Shown piece by piece: positions 33,811-43,894 of a stretch of 45,061 bases of DNA. Below the pieces are notes generated by a model. It did no database searches. It saw only the letters and a program-made list of their open reading frames with translations, and was not told where the DNA came from. Positions within the stretch are counted from its first letter, which is position 1; each line of letters starts with the position of its first letter. The stretch is from an uncultured Alphaproteobacteria bacterium (GTDB lineage: Bacteria > Pseudomonadota > Alphaproteobacteria > Methylaequorales > Methylaequoraceae), in contig CACFLF010000003.1 of assembly GCA_902567115.1 (NCBI GenBank), positions 1 to 45,061 of the forward strand, in the 5' to 3' direction. The position numbers and the translations under genes are program-made.

Positions 33811-34820
33811 GAAATCCTTTGCTCATTCGTTATTTGTTCTTCAGCTTGTTTCACAATTTCACTAATAATCTCGTTAACAGGCTGTATTTTTTTAACCAAA
33901 CTTACACTTTGACCTGCCATAAGCGAACCATTGTCAATGTCTCCATCTATTACAGCTTTTTTTAGAGAACCGGCCCAAAAATGTTCTATTTGCAGTTGGG
34001 CTTCCTTCAGTGAAATATTACTGGTATCTAATAGTTTTATAACTCTTTTTTGTTCTTGAAGAAATTTTTCTGAAGCCTTATTTTCTATTGCTCTGACTGG
34101 TATCACTGGAAACCTTTTATCCAATCTAACAGATACCTGAGAATTTCTTGCTTCAGATTTTATAAATATTTCTTTAAAATTGTTATGAGCAATTGATTCA
34201 TTACTGCAGACCAATCTCGTACCTATCTGACACCCTGCAGCCCCTAACTCTAAGTATTTTAAAAAAATTTCCCCTCTTCCTATTCCACCTGCTACAAAAA
34301 CTGGAACTTCCATGATTTTGGGAAGAATCTCTTGGACTAAAACATTAATTGAAACTGGTCCAATATGTCCCCCAGCTTCGTTTCCTTCCAGGATCAAAGC
34401 GTCAACTCCATAATTAATCATTTTTTGAGCAATTGAGACTGTAGTCGCAAAACACATTGTTTTTATTTTTTTGTTTTTCAACTTTTGAATTTGCCTTAGT
34501 TTTGGAAATCCGCCTGCAAAAACGACTAAATCAACTTTTTTTTCAATACATACCTCAATTAAATCCTCTATTTCAGGGTGTAACAGAATTAGATTTACAC
34601 CAAATGGTTTTCTTGTTTTCGATTTGGTAGCAATAATTTCTTTTTCTAGTTTATCCTTATCCATTGAACCTGCTGCAATTACTCCAAATCCACCTGCATT
34701 GCTCGTTGCAGAGACTAAATTGCTCTCTGAGATCCATGTCATAGCTCCACCCATAATTGGGAACTCAGCACCCAAAAAATTAGAGCCTTTAAAAAATAAT
34801 TGCTTTAACTTTTTATTCAT
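33807..34820 (-). CDS. Nitronate monooxygenase / FabK-like flavin oxidoreductase
   Basis: GGAMTW, PFGVN, EGNEAGGHIG, AGGIG, GSLMAGQSV. Confidence 0.88.
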   Translation of the reverse strand: MNKKLKQLFFKGSNFLGAEFPIMGGAMTWISESNLVSATSNAGGFGVIAAGSMDKDKLEKEIIATKSKTRKPFGVNLILLHPEIEDLIEVCIEKKVDLVVFAGGFPKLRQIQKLKNKKIKTMCFATTVSIAQKMINYGVDALILEGNEAGGHIGPVSINVLVQEILPKIMEVPVFVAGGIGRGEIFLKYLELGAAGCQIGTRLVCSNESIAHNNFKEIFIKSEARNSQVSVRLDKRFPVIPVRAIENKASEKFLQEQKRVIKLLDTSNISLKEAQLQIEHFWAGSLKKAVIDGDIDNGSLMAGQSVSLVKKIQPVNEIISEIVKQAEEQITNEQRIS

Positions 34821-34840
34821 ATTTATTTACTTATTCATAT

Positions 34841-36055
34841 TTATTTACCAAGTCCGTAGGCCGCATGAAGTGCATTAAGAGCTATTTTTTTTTTTTGCAA
34901 GTCAATTAAAACACTAATTTTTATCTCTGAAGTTGAAATAACCTGGATATTGATATTTTTTTTTGCCAAGGTTTCAAACATCTTTTGAGCTACTCCAACA
35001 TTACTTTTCATTCCAACTCCAACTATTGAGATTTTACAAATGGAACTGTTTGAGTGGATCATCTTAAATTTAATATCTGAGGATCTTAATTCTTTTAAAG
35101 ATTTTCTTTCATCCTCAACTGGGACTGTAAAAGTTAAACTAGCGTACTTACCGTCATCAGTTATATTTTGAACAATCATGTCAACGTTTATATTATTACT
35201 AGCTAAAGTACTAAAAATTTTTGCTGCTATACCTGGTTTATCCGGGATACCTTTCAATGTAATTTTTGCTTCACTCTCTGATGAAGTAATACCTGTAACA
35301 ACTTCTTTTTCAATTTTATTTTCTTCTTTAACAACCATTGTCCCTAACTTTTTATTAAAAGAACTTCTAACATGAATTCTAATACCATATTTCATGGCTA
35401 ATTCAACTGATCTTGGATGTAATACTTTAGAGCCTAGGGAAGCAAGTTCCAATATTTCATCATATGTTATTGAATCAATTTTATGTGCATCATTTACAAT
35501 TCTCGGGTCAGATGTAAAAATACCCTCCACATCTGTGTAGATCTCACATGTTTTAAGCCCTAAAGCGTGGGAGATTGCTACCGCGGTTGTATCGGACCCC
35601 CCTCTCCCAAGAGTTGTGATTCTATTTTCCTCAGAAATTCCCTGAAAGCCTGCAATAACCAAAACTCTACACTTTTCTAAATGATCTCTTAAAACATTTG
35701 AGTTTATCTTAATTATTCTTGCCTTACTATGGTTTCCGTCAGTCAATATTGGTATTTGCCATCCAAGTAAAGACCTAGATTTAATTTTTTTTTTGTTCAA
35801 TAAAGAGCTCATTAGAGCAGATGAAGATTGTTCCCCGGTTGAAACAATTACGTCGTATTCAGGATCAGATATTTCATTACTTATTTTTTTAAACTCCTTA
35901 ATGAGTTCGTTAGTTACACCACTCATAGCAGAGACAACCAATATGATTTTTGAAGAATTGTCTTTAATTGTTTTTTCAACAATTTTTACAACATTTTCTA
36001 ACCTTTTCAAATTGGCCACTGAGGTGCCTCCAAATTTCAAAACATTTATCAACAT
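34841..36055 (-). CDS. lysC: Aspartate kinase
   Basis: KFGGTS, VVSAM, TTLGRGGSDTTA, YTDVEG, two ACT domains. Confidence 0.96.
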   Translation of the reverse strand: MLINVLKFGGTSVANLKRLENVVKIVEKTIKDNSSKIILVVSAMSGVTNELIKEFKKISNEISDPEYDVIVSTGEQSSSALMSSLLNKKKIKSRSLLGWQIPILTDGNHSKARIIKINSNVLRDHLEKCRVLVIAGFQGISEENRITTLGRGGSDTTAVAISHALGLKTCEIYTDVEGIFTSDPRIVNDAHKIDSITYDEILELASLGSKVLHPRSVELAMKYGIRIHVRSSFNKKLGTMVVKEENKIEKEVVTGITSSESEAKITLKGIPDKPGIAAKIFSTLASNNINVDMIVQNITDDGKYASLTFTVPVEDERKSLKELRSSDIKFKMIHSNSSICKISIVGVGMKSNVGVAQKMFETLAKKNINIQVISTSEIKISVLIDLQKKKIALNALHAAYGLGK

Positions 36056-36110
36056 AAAGAATTATTTTGTATTTAAGAATTTTAATACTACCATATGTAA
36101 ATATTATAAA

Positions 36111-36821
36111 ATGAAAAGTAAAAATTTTAAAAGCACGCCAAACGAAACTTCAAGAATCTTTGATAAGTTATCAGACGAATGGTGGGACGAAAATGGATCC
36201 TTTAAAGCATTACATTCTTTTAATTTGGTTCGATTAGAATTTTTAAAAAAAAATAATCGTAATCAATCTTTAAATGGTTTAAGTATATTAGACGTTGGAT
36301 GTGGAGGTGGAATTTTATGCGAACCACTATCACGATTAGGTGCAAAAGTAACTGGAATTGATACCAATGAAAAAGCTATCAAGGTAGCAAAAGAGCATGC
36401 AAGAATTAAAAATCTAAAAATAAACTACATTAACACTGATCTTTCTAAAGTAAAAAAATATAGTTTTGACATCATCACCTGCATGGAAGTTCTCGAGCAT
36501 GTTGAAAATATTAACCAAATAATCTCTATTTCAAATGATATTTTAAAAAAAAATGGAATTTTCTTTGGTTCAACAATTAACAAAACTTTAACTTCGTATT
36601 TATTAGCAATCCTTTTTGCCGAAAATGTTTTTCAGATTGTTCCAAGAGGAACACATGAATGGAAAAAATTTTTGAAACCGAATTTTGTTAAAAAAAAATT
36701 TCTCAAAAATGGTTTTAGCGATTTTCAAATTCAAGGTGTCAACTATAATCCTTTTAAAAATAAATGGAGTTTTTCAGCAAGCACTTTTATTAACTATATG
36801 TTTTTCGCAATCAAATCTTAA
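36111..36821 (+). CDS. ubiG: Ubiquinone biosynthesis O-methyltransferase
   Basis: WWDENGSFKALHSFN.R, LDVGCGGG, MEVLEHV, GTHEW. Start placed at ATG 36111, divergent from lysC. Confidence 0.93.
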   Translation: MKSKNFKSTPNETSRIFDKLSDEWWDENGSFKALHSFNLVRLEFLKKNNRNQSLNGLSILDVGCGGGILCEPLSRLGAKVTGIDTNEKAIKVAKEHARIKNLKINYINTDLSKVKKYSFDIITCMEVLEHVENINQIISISNDILKKNGIFFGSTINKTLTSYLLAILFAENVFQIVPRGTHEWKKFLKPNFVKKKFLKNGFSDFQIQGVNYNPFKNKWSFSASTFINYMFFAIKS

Positions 36822-36871
36822 AAATTGACAAACTGAAAATGAAAATCGTTTCTTAGAATTCTAATACTTTA

Positions 36872-37675
36872 TTAAAAAATAGTCATAGATGGAATTTTTT
36901 TTCTTACAGTTTTTACTAACTCAGGGTCGATCTGAGCTTCAATCACGTCTATTTGATTTTGCGCTTCTGCAATCACTTTGCCCCAAGGATCTACAATTAG
37001 AGAGTGACCAAAAGTTTTTCTACCGTTCTTATGAATTCCACATTGTGCTGGAGCAAAAACAAAACAACCATTTTCAATGGCTCTAGCTCTTATTAGGGTG
37101 TGCCAATGACTTTTTCCGGTTGTATAAGTAAAAGCTGCCGGAATTGAAAAAAAATCCGCACCTCTTTTAACTAAATTCTTATATAAGTTAGGAAACCTTA
37201 AATCATAACAAATGCTCATTCCAAGATTCCCCCATGGCAACTCAATAACCTCGAATTTTTTACCTGAGTCATAATTTTTAGACTCAAAATATTTCTCATT
37301 TTTACCTAGTATCACATCAAAAAGATTTATTTTATCATAATGACTCAGAACTTTACCTTTTTTACAAATTATAAGTGATCTATTGAGAAATCTTTTATTT
37401 TTATTTTTATATGGAAAAGAACCTATCAAAATATTTGTTTCGAATTCTTGAGCTTTCTTTATTATAAAATTTAAAAAAATGTGATGCCAATTTTTGAAAT
37501 AATCATTTATTTTAGTTTTTGAATCAGAAAAAATAGAAACACACTCTGGTAAGCAAATAAGATCAAAATGTTTTCTTCTTACTTTAGAAAAAATTTTTTC
37601 TAGCATTATAATATTTTCCTTTGGAATATCACTACTGTTTGTTTGAAAGCAAGCTACTTTAAATTTATTCATCAA
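36872..37675 (-). CDS. Carbon-nitrogen hydrolase (Nit1-like)
   Basis: E-K-C triad (LPE, YDKINLFDV, ICYDLRFP), RARAIEN, GHSLIVDPWG. Confidence 0.92.
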   Translation of the reverse strand: MMNKFKVACFQTNSSDIPKENIIMLEKIFSKVRRKHFDLICLPECVSIFSDSKTKINDYFKNWHHIFLNFIIKKAQEFETNILIGSFPYKNKNKRFLNRSLIICKKGKVLSHYDKINLFDVILGKNEKYFESKNYDSGKKFEVIELPWGNLGMSICYDLRFPNLYKNLVKRGADFFSIPAAFTYTTGKSHWHTLIRARAIENGCFVFAPAQCGIHKNGRKTFGHSLIVDPWGKVIAEAQNQIDVIEAQIDPELVKTVRKKIPSMTIF

Positions 37676-37922
37676 TTAATCTCGTAAGTTCTCCATTTTC
37701 ATAAATCAATTTTAAATCATCATAGCCACCCACATGTTTATCTCCAATAAAAATTTGAGGAACAGTACGCCTTCCATTTGAAATGTTATACATTTCATTT
37801 CTTAAGGATGGTTGATTATCAATAACTTTCTCTTTGAATTTTAGATTAAGGTTTTCAAGTAAACGCTTGGCTGCTATACAGTATGGACATATATTAGAGG
37901 AATAAATTAAAATTTTCTTCAT
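37665..37922 (-). CDS. grxC: Glutaredoxin 3
   Basis: CPYC, TVPQIFI, GGYDDL. Confidence 0.93.
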   Translation of the reverse strand: MKKILIYSSNICPYCIAAKRLLENLNLKFKEKVIDNQPSLRNEMYNISNGRRTVPQIFIGDKHVGGYDDLKLIYENGELTRLIDE

Positions 37923-37933
37923 TAGTAACTTTT

Positions 37934-38752
37934 ATGACTCAAACAAGTTTAATAGATTTAAATTCTTTAATTAATTCTAAAAACAAATCAAGTAAAAACT
38001 GGTATGAACACAATTTTTTATTTAATAAGATATCAGACCTATTAGGCGAAAAACTTAAAGAACTTGGCAGTGACTATGATAAAATTTTATTACTTTCCTC
38101 TGATGCAGGCGAATCTCTTGAAAATACAATCAAAGTAAGTTTTTCAAAACTTATATTCTTATCTCCATACAGAAACCTGCTCAAAAAAAAAAAAATTCAA
38201 TCAACCAAAATTTTAAAAATCGAAAGTTACTTTGAAAATTTACCTCTAAAAAATGAAAAATTTGATCTTATCATTAGTAATTTATGTATTAACAATATTA
38301 TTGAAAAGAAAAGACATTTAAATAAGATATTTCAATTATTGAAAGTGGATGGTTTATTTATTTGTAATTTTTTTGGAGAAAAAACTATGTTTGAATTAAG
38401 AGATTCACTTCTCTCAACAGATGAAAAATTGTTTAATGGAGCTTTTATGAGATTACCTATCAATCTAAAAATGGTTGACATTTCTGATTTATTAGGACAG
38501 GTAGGCTTTAAGGAATTAGTGTCTGAAACAATTAGTTATAAAATATACTATAAAAACATCAGAAAAATATTTGAGGACTTAAAAGGCATAGGAGAAAATA
38601 AAATCCTTAGTAATAGAAAGAAGAGTTTGATGACAAATAATTATCTCAATACTCTTAACGATGAATATAGGAAAAAATTTAGTGATGAAAATGGACTGCG
38701 TTTAAGTTGCGATGTAGTTTCAGTGAGCAGTTGGAAAAATAAAATTATTTAA
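37934..38752 (+). CDS. BioC/NDUFAF5-like methyltransferase-fold protein
   Basis: ENLPL..FDLIISNL, FGEKTMFELR, DLKGIGE. SAM motif I is degenerate (LLLSSDAG). Confidence 0.7.
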   Translation: MTQTSLIDLNSLINSKNKSSKNWYEHNFLFNKISDLLGEKLKELGSDYDKILLLSSDAGESLENTIKVSFSKLIFLSPYRNLLKKKKIQSTKILKIESYFENLPLKNEKFDLIISNLCINNIIEKKRHLNKIFQLLKVDGLFICNFFGEKTMFELRDSLLSTDEKLFNGAFMRLPINLKMVDISDLLGQVGFKELVSETISYKIYYKNIRKIFEDLKGIGENKILSNRKKSLMTNNYLNTLNDEYRKKFSDENGLRLSCDVVSVSSWKNKII

Positions 38753-39154
38753 AAAAATCTTAAAACTTTCATTTGATTTTAAAAGATTATAATTATTAAG
38801 TTCCTTTGGGACAATCCATTTCAAAGTTTGCTTCTCTTTATTTTTAACTTTCCCAAACCAACTTAGACAAAGAAAAAAGTGTAAATTGATATTATATTTT
38901 AGAATCTTATAATTGTTGAGATAATAAATTTTACTAAAATCAAGTCTTATTCCAAGTTCCTCATAAATTTCTCTATCTAAAGCTTCTAAAAGACATTCAC
39001 CTTTTTCTACTTTTCCTCCAGGAAATTCAAAAAAACCTGAGAAATTTTTCGTTACAGGTCTTGAAGTAATTAATATTTTTCCATTTTTTTTTAAAACACA
39101 TGCAACGACGTTTATATATTTTTTAGCTTCTGTAGTCAGCGTTGATTGATACAT
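38720..39154 (-). CDS. mutT: MutT-like Nudix hydrolase
   Basis: Nudix box FPGGKVEKGECLLEALDREIYEELG. Follows argJ. Start uncertain (ATG 39154 overlaps the argJ end). Confidence 0.85.
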   Translation of the reverse strand: MYQSTLTTEAKKYINVVACVLKKNGKILITSRPVTKNFSGFFEFPGGKVEKGECLLEALDREIYEELGIRLDFSKIYYLNNYKILKYNINLHFFLCLSWFGKVKNKEKQTLKWIVPKELNNYNLLKSNESFKIFLNNFIFPTAH

Positions 39155-40352
39155 AATCTTTCGTAAAATCACAAGTCCATGTACTCCATTCATATACACC
39201 TATGTCCAAATCCACAGTTATTTCTATTTCTGATTGTTTAAGGTATTTATTAATTGAATTAATATGAGTTAGATTAAGTTTTTTCTCTTTTTGCAAAATA
39301 ATAAATTTGCCAAATTTTAACTTTAACTTTTCTGGATCTAGCTTTGCTCCAGATTTTCCAACAGCCATAATGATTCTTCCCCAATTTGAATCGGAACCAG
39401 ACATAGCAGTCTTAAAAAGCGGGGAATTAGCTATTGATTTACCAATTTTTTTTGCATCATTAATGCTTTTTGCACCCTTGATCTTTATTTTTAAAAATTT
39501 AGATGCACCTTCTCCATCTTTAACAATATATTCTGCTAATTTACTTGTTAGATTTTCTAAGTGATAAAAAAACTGCTTTCTATTTTTATTTTTCAATTTA
39601 ATTGTTTTGTTATTCTCATTAACAGAAAAAAATAAAATCATATCGCTTGTGGAAGTGTCACCGTCTACAGTAATTGAGTTAAAAGTTTTATCAACAATCT
39701 CTCTAAATTTTTTGATACAGTCATTCCTCTCAAAGTCAAGGTTTGTGAAAATAAATGCAAGCATTGTCGCCATATTTGGAGCTATCATTCCGGAACCCTT
39801 TGCTATACCATTAATAATAATTTTACTTTTTCCACAAAAAAATTCAGAATGTGTCTTTGGAAATGTATCAGTTGTCATAATTGCTTTAGATGCTTTAAGC
39901 CAAGAATTTGAGTCATTTTTAAGATTAGAAATTAAAAAAGGTATTTTTTTAATTATTTTCTTCTCATCCAATGGTTCACCGATAACTCCTGTTGATGCAA
40001 TATAAATATGTTTTTTTGGAACTTTTAGTTTACTCGATATTTCATTCACTATTTTGAGTAAAGAGGATTTTCCAGATTTACCATTAAATACATTTGCATT
40101 TCCGGAATTAATGAGAATCACTGAAACTTTTCCGAATTTATGAATTTTTTTGTTCCAAACTATTGGTTCTCCTGGTGTTTTTGAATTAGTAAAAAAGCCA
40201 ATTATTTCTCCCGGAGAATCTAATTTAATTAAAACCAGATCTTGTTTATTATTTTTTTTTAAACCACAATGTGTACTAGAAACATGAATGCCACCAATAG
40301 GGCTAACTTTTTTTATTTTTCTAGGTGCAAGTGGAGATATTTTGAGGGTCAT
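39123..40352 (-). CDS. argJ: Bifunctional ornithine acetyltransferase / N-acetylglutamate synthase
   Basis: NSGNAN, STGVIG, IMTTDT, KGSGMIAPNMATML, DGEGA, INADYRS. Confidence 0.96.
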   Translation of the reverse strand: MTLKISPLAPRKIKKVSPIGGIHVSSTHCGLKKNNKQDLVLIKLDSPGEIIGFFTNSKTPGEPIVWNKKIHKFGKVSVILINSGNANVFNGKSGKSSLLKIVNEISSKLKVPKKHIYIASTGVIGEPLDEKKIIKKIPFLISNLKNDSNSWLKASKAIMTTDTFPKTHSEFFCGKSKIIINGIAKGSGMIAPNMATMLAFIFTNLDFERNDCIKKFREIVDKTFNSITVDGDTSTSDMILFFSVNENNKTIKLKNKNRKQFFYHLENLTSKLAEYIVKDGEGASKFLKIKIKGAKSINDAKKIGKSIANSPLFKTAMSGSDSNWGRIIMAVGKSGAKLDPEKLKLKFGKFIILQKEKKLNLTHINSINKYLKQSEIEITVDLDIGVYEWSTWTCDFTKDYVSINADYRS

Positions 40353-40411
40353 AGTTTCACAAAAAACAAAATTAATATATCTTTATATCTAAAATTAATA
40401 TAAATAATAGC

Positions 40412-42933
40412 ATGTTAAATTTTTTGTCAAAAAAAATATTTGGCTCATCAAATGATAGAGTAATCAAAAAGTTTCTTCCTCTAGTTGATAAAGTAAACCA
40501 ACTAGAAAAAACTTATGAAAAACTTACAGATGATCAAATCCTAAATAAAACTAAAGAATTGAGACAACAAGTAAAAAATGGAAAGCCCTTAGATGATATC
40601 ATTCCAGATGCCTTCTCTAATGTAAGAGAGGCTGCAAAAAGGTCATTGGGACAGAGACATTATGATGTCCAGATTATTGGAGGAATTGTTCTTCACAGAG
40701 GCATGATAGCTGAGATGAAAACTGGAGAAGGTAAAACACTTGTGTCAACCCTCTCGGCATACCTTAATTCGTTACAAAATAATTCTGTTCATATTGTAAC
40801 TGTAAATGATTATCTTGCAAAAAGAGACAGTGAGTGGATGGGGGTTGTTTATGAAAAATTAGGACTTAAAACAGGCTATATTGTCAATGGAATGGATGAA
40901 AACGAAAGAAAAAAGCATACTCTTCAGACATAACCTACGGCACAAATAACGAGTTTGGATTCGACTACCTAAGAGACAATATGAAATTTTCGAAAGACCA
41001 ATTAGTACAAAGCGACTTCAGTTATGCAATTATTGATGAGGTTGATTCAATCTTAATTGATGAAGCTAGAACCCCTCTTATAATTTCAGGGTCTGCAGAA
41101 CAATCATCTGCTTTGTATAAAATAGTTGATAGAATCATTGCAAGACTTGATTCTCAAGATTATGAAAAAGACGAAAAATCAAAAAGTGTAGTTTTGAAAG
41201 ATAATGCAATTGAAAAATTAGAGGGATTTTACAAAAAAGAAAAATTATTAAAAACTGGAAATTTATATGACATTAATAACGTTACTCTTCTTCATCATAC
41301 TAATCAATCTCTTAAGGCTAGGTATATCTTTGAAAAGGACAAAGATTATTTAGTGCAAAATGGACAAGTTTTAATTGTTGATGAATTCACAGGAAGAGCC
41401 ATGGAAGGTAGAAGGTTCTCAGAGGGTTTGCATCAGGCAATTGAAGCTAAGGAAGATTTGGAAGTTCAAGTAGAAAACCAAACTCTTGCTTCAATAACTT
41501 ATCAAAATTATTTTAGGTTGTATAAAAAGTTGTCAGGAATGACCGGAACAGCAAAAACTGAAGCAGACGAATTTTTTGATATTTATAAATTAGAAGTTGT
41601 TGAGGTGCCAACTAACAAAAAAATGATAAGAGTTGATAACGAGGACGAAATTTATAGAACCCTTAATGAAAAATATGATGCGATAGTTAATCTAGTTGAA
41701 GAATGTGTGAATAAAAACCAACCATGTTTAGTTGGAACCGTTTCAATAGAAAAATCTGAATCCTTGTCCATGATTTTCAAAAAAAAAGGTATAAAACACC
41801 AGGTTCTTAATGCCAAAAATCATCTAAAAGAAGCAGAGATAATAGCTCACGCCGGAAAACCCGGTACAGTTACGATTGCCACAAATATGGCTGGAAGGGG
41901 AACTGATATTAAATTAGGTGGAGCTGAAGAATCAGAAAATCTTGAAAAAGAAATGAAAGTTTCGAAAGAGTCGGGAGGACTTTATATAATTGGTACCGAA
42001 CGACATGAATCTAGAAGAATTGACAATCAGTTAAGAGGTCGATCAGGGAGACAAGGTGATCCTGGATCGTCAAAATTTTTTCTGTCTTTAGAGGATGACC
42101 TAATGAGAATTTTTGGTTCTGAAAAACTGGATTCAGTTTTAAAAACACTCGGACTTGCTGATGGCGAAAGCATTCAACATCCATGGATTACAAAAGCATT
42201 AGAAAGGGCCCAGAAAAAAGTAGAGGCAAGAAACTTTGAAATTAGAAAAAGTCTTCTTAGATTTGACGATGTTATGAATGAACAGAGAAAAATAATTTAT
42301 GACCAAAGAAAAGAAATTATTAATGACAAAGAAATAGATACGCTTGTATTTGATATGAGAGATGCATCCATAGATGATCTAGTTGATAGAGAAATTTCAG
42401 ACTTAAACGAACTTAACACTGAAAAAAAGAAAAAAATAATTGATTTCTGTAAACAAAATCTAAATGTTGATTTAAATTTTGATAAAATTCTTTCATCTAA
42501 TCCACAGATAGAAGACATAAAAAATGAGATTATAAAAATGTCCGACAGAAACATAAACTTAAAAAAGACTCAATATTCTGATGAACTTTTTGCATATGCT
42601 CAGAAATCTATTTTATTACAAATGATAGATAAATGTTGGAAGGAACATCTTCTTTCTCTCGATCATTTAAGACAAGGAATTTCATTAAGAGCCTATGGTC
42701 AAAAAGATCCTCTGAATGAGTATAAACAAGAAGCTTTCATAATGTTCGAAGAAATGATGGAGCAAATCAGGTTTAATATAACAAAAATTATAAGTTTTGT
42801 AGAAATTAAAACAGAAAGTGAACAATTGGGTCAAGAACAACAAGAGGAAGTCAACGAAAGAAAAGTTCCAAGGAATGCTAAATGTCCATGCGGATCTGGA
42901 AAAAAATACAAACACTGTTGTGGAAAAATTTAG
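40412..42933 (+). CDS. secA: Preprotein translocase SecA, interrupted by a single -1 frameshift at 40909-40915
   Basis: First ORF has MKTGEGKT and VTVNDYLA. The -1 frame continues [23 protein letters not shown] into [23 protein letters not shown] and the SEC-C motif [13 protein letters not shown]. Confidence 0.95.
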
Positions 42934-43886
42934 TTTATTAAGAATTTCTTTCCAATACAAAGATACTTTTCTTCTCTTTGACTGATTATTTTGTCGGAAG
43001 AAACACCATCAAACTGGTTGTTTATTCTTAATATACATTCTTTTATTTGGTTGCATATACCAGACACATCTCTATGAGCACCTCCTCTTGGTTCTTTTAT
43101 TATTTCATCAATTACCTCTAACTCTAATAAATCTTGAGCAGTTAGTTTAAGTGATTCAGCTGCTTTTTCAGACTCATTCGCCGATCTCCACAAAATAGAT
43201 GCACAACCCTCGGGTGATATAACTGAATAAATTGCATGTTCTAACATAAATACTTTATTTCCAGTTGCAAGAGCAACAGCCCCACCGGATCCGCCTTCAC
43301 CGATTATAAAAGAGAAAATTGGGGTTTCTACATTTATGGAACACCTAATAGAACTAGCAATTGCTTCAGATTGTCCGCGATCTTCAGCTTCAACTCCAGG
43401 AAAAGCTCCAGGAGTATCAATAAAAGTTACAACGGGTAGCTTAAATTTGCTTGCAAGATTAAAAAGTCTCTGTGCTTTTCTGTATCCTTCAGGTTTTGCC
43501 ATACCAAAATTATTCTTGACTCTCGTATCAATATCAATTCCCTTGTCGTTTCCAACCACTAAGAACTTTTTATTTTCTATTTTTGCAAGACCACCTTTTA
43601 TTGAAGCATCGTCTGAATAGAGTCTATCTCCGCAAATAACTTCGAACTTATCAAATATTTTATTAACTATTTCATCAAATTTTGGTCTGTCTTGATGCCT
43701 GCATACCTTTACTTTTTGTATAGGGGTTAAATTTTCATATATCTCGTCTAACTTTTTGTCAAACTTATCCTGAAGTACGGTTAGTTCGTTTGCAATATTT
43801 TCACTTGTATCTTTCAGATGTCTTAACTCTTCAATTTTAGTTCTGATCTCAAGCAAAGGTTTTTCAAAGTCGAGAAAATTTTGCAT
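42930..43886 (-). CDS. accA: Acetyl-CoA carboxylase carboxyltransferase alpha subunit
   Basis: FLDFEKP, NFGMAKPEGYRKA, FIDTPGA, GEGGSGGA, SVISPEGCASILW. Confidence 0.97.
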   Translation of the reverse strand: MQNFLDFEKPLLEIRTKIEELRHLKDTSENIANELTVLQDKFDKKLDEIYENLTPIQKVKVCRHQDRPKFDEIVNKIFDKFEVICGDRLYSDDASIKGGLAKIENKKFLVVGNDKGIDIDTRVKNNFGMAKPEGYRKAQRLFNLASKFKLPVVTFIDTPGAFPGVEAEDRGQSEAIASSIRCSINVETPIFSFIIGEGGSGGAVALATGNKVFMLEHAIYSVISPEGCASILWRSANESEKAAESLKLTAQDLLELEVIDEIIKEPRGGAHRDVSGICNQIKECILRINNQFDGVSSDKIISQREEKYLCIGKKFLIN

Positions 43887-43894
43887 TTGTAAAT

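Noticed and set aside
35793-36110. 106 aa N-terminal extension of ubiG in the ORF track
   Set aside because: It is mostly the antisense of the lysC 5' end. UbiG similarity starts after ATG 36111.
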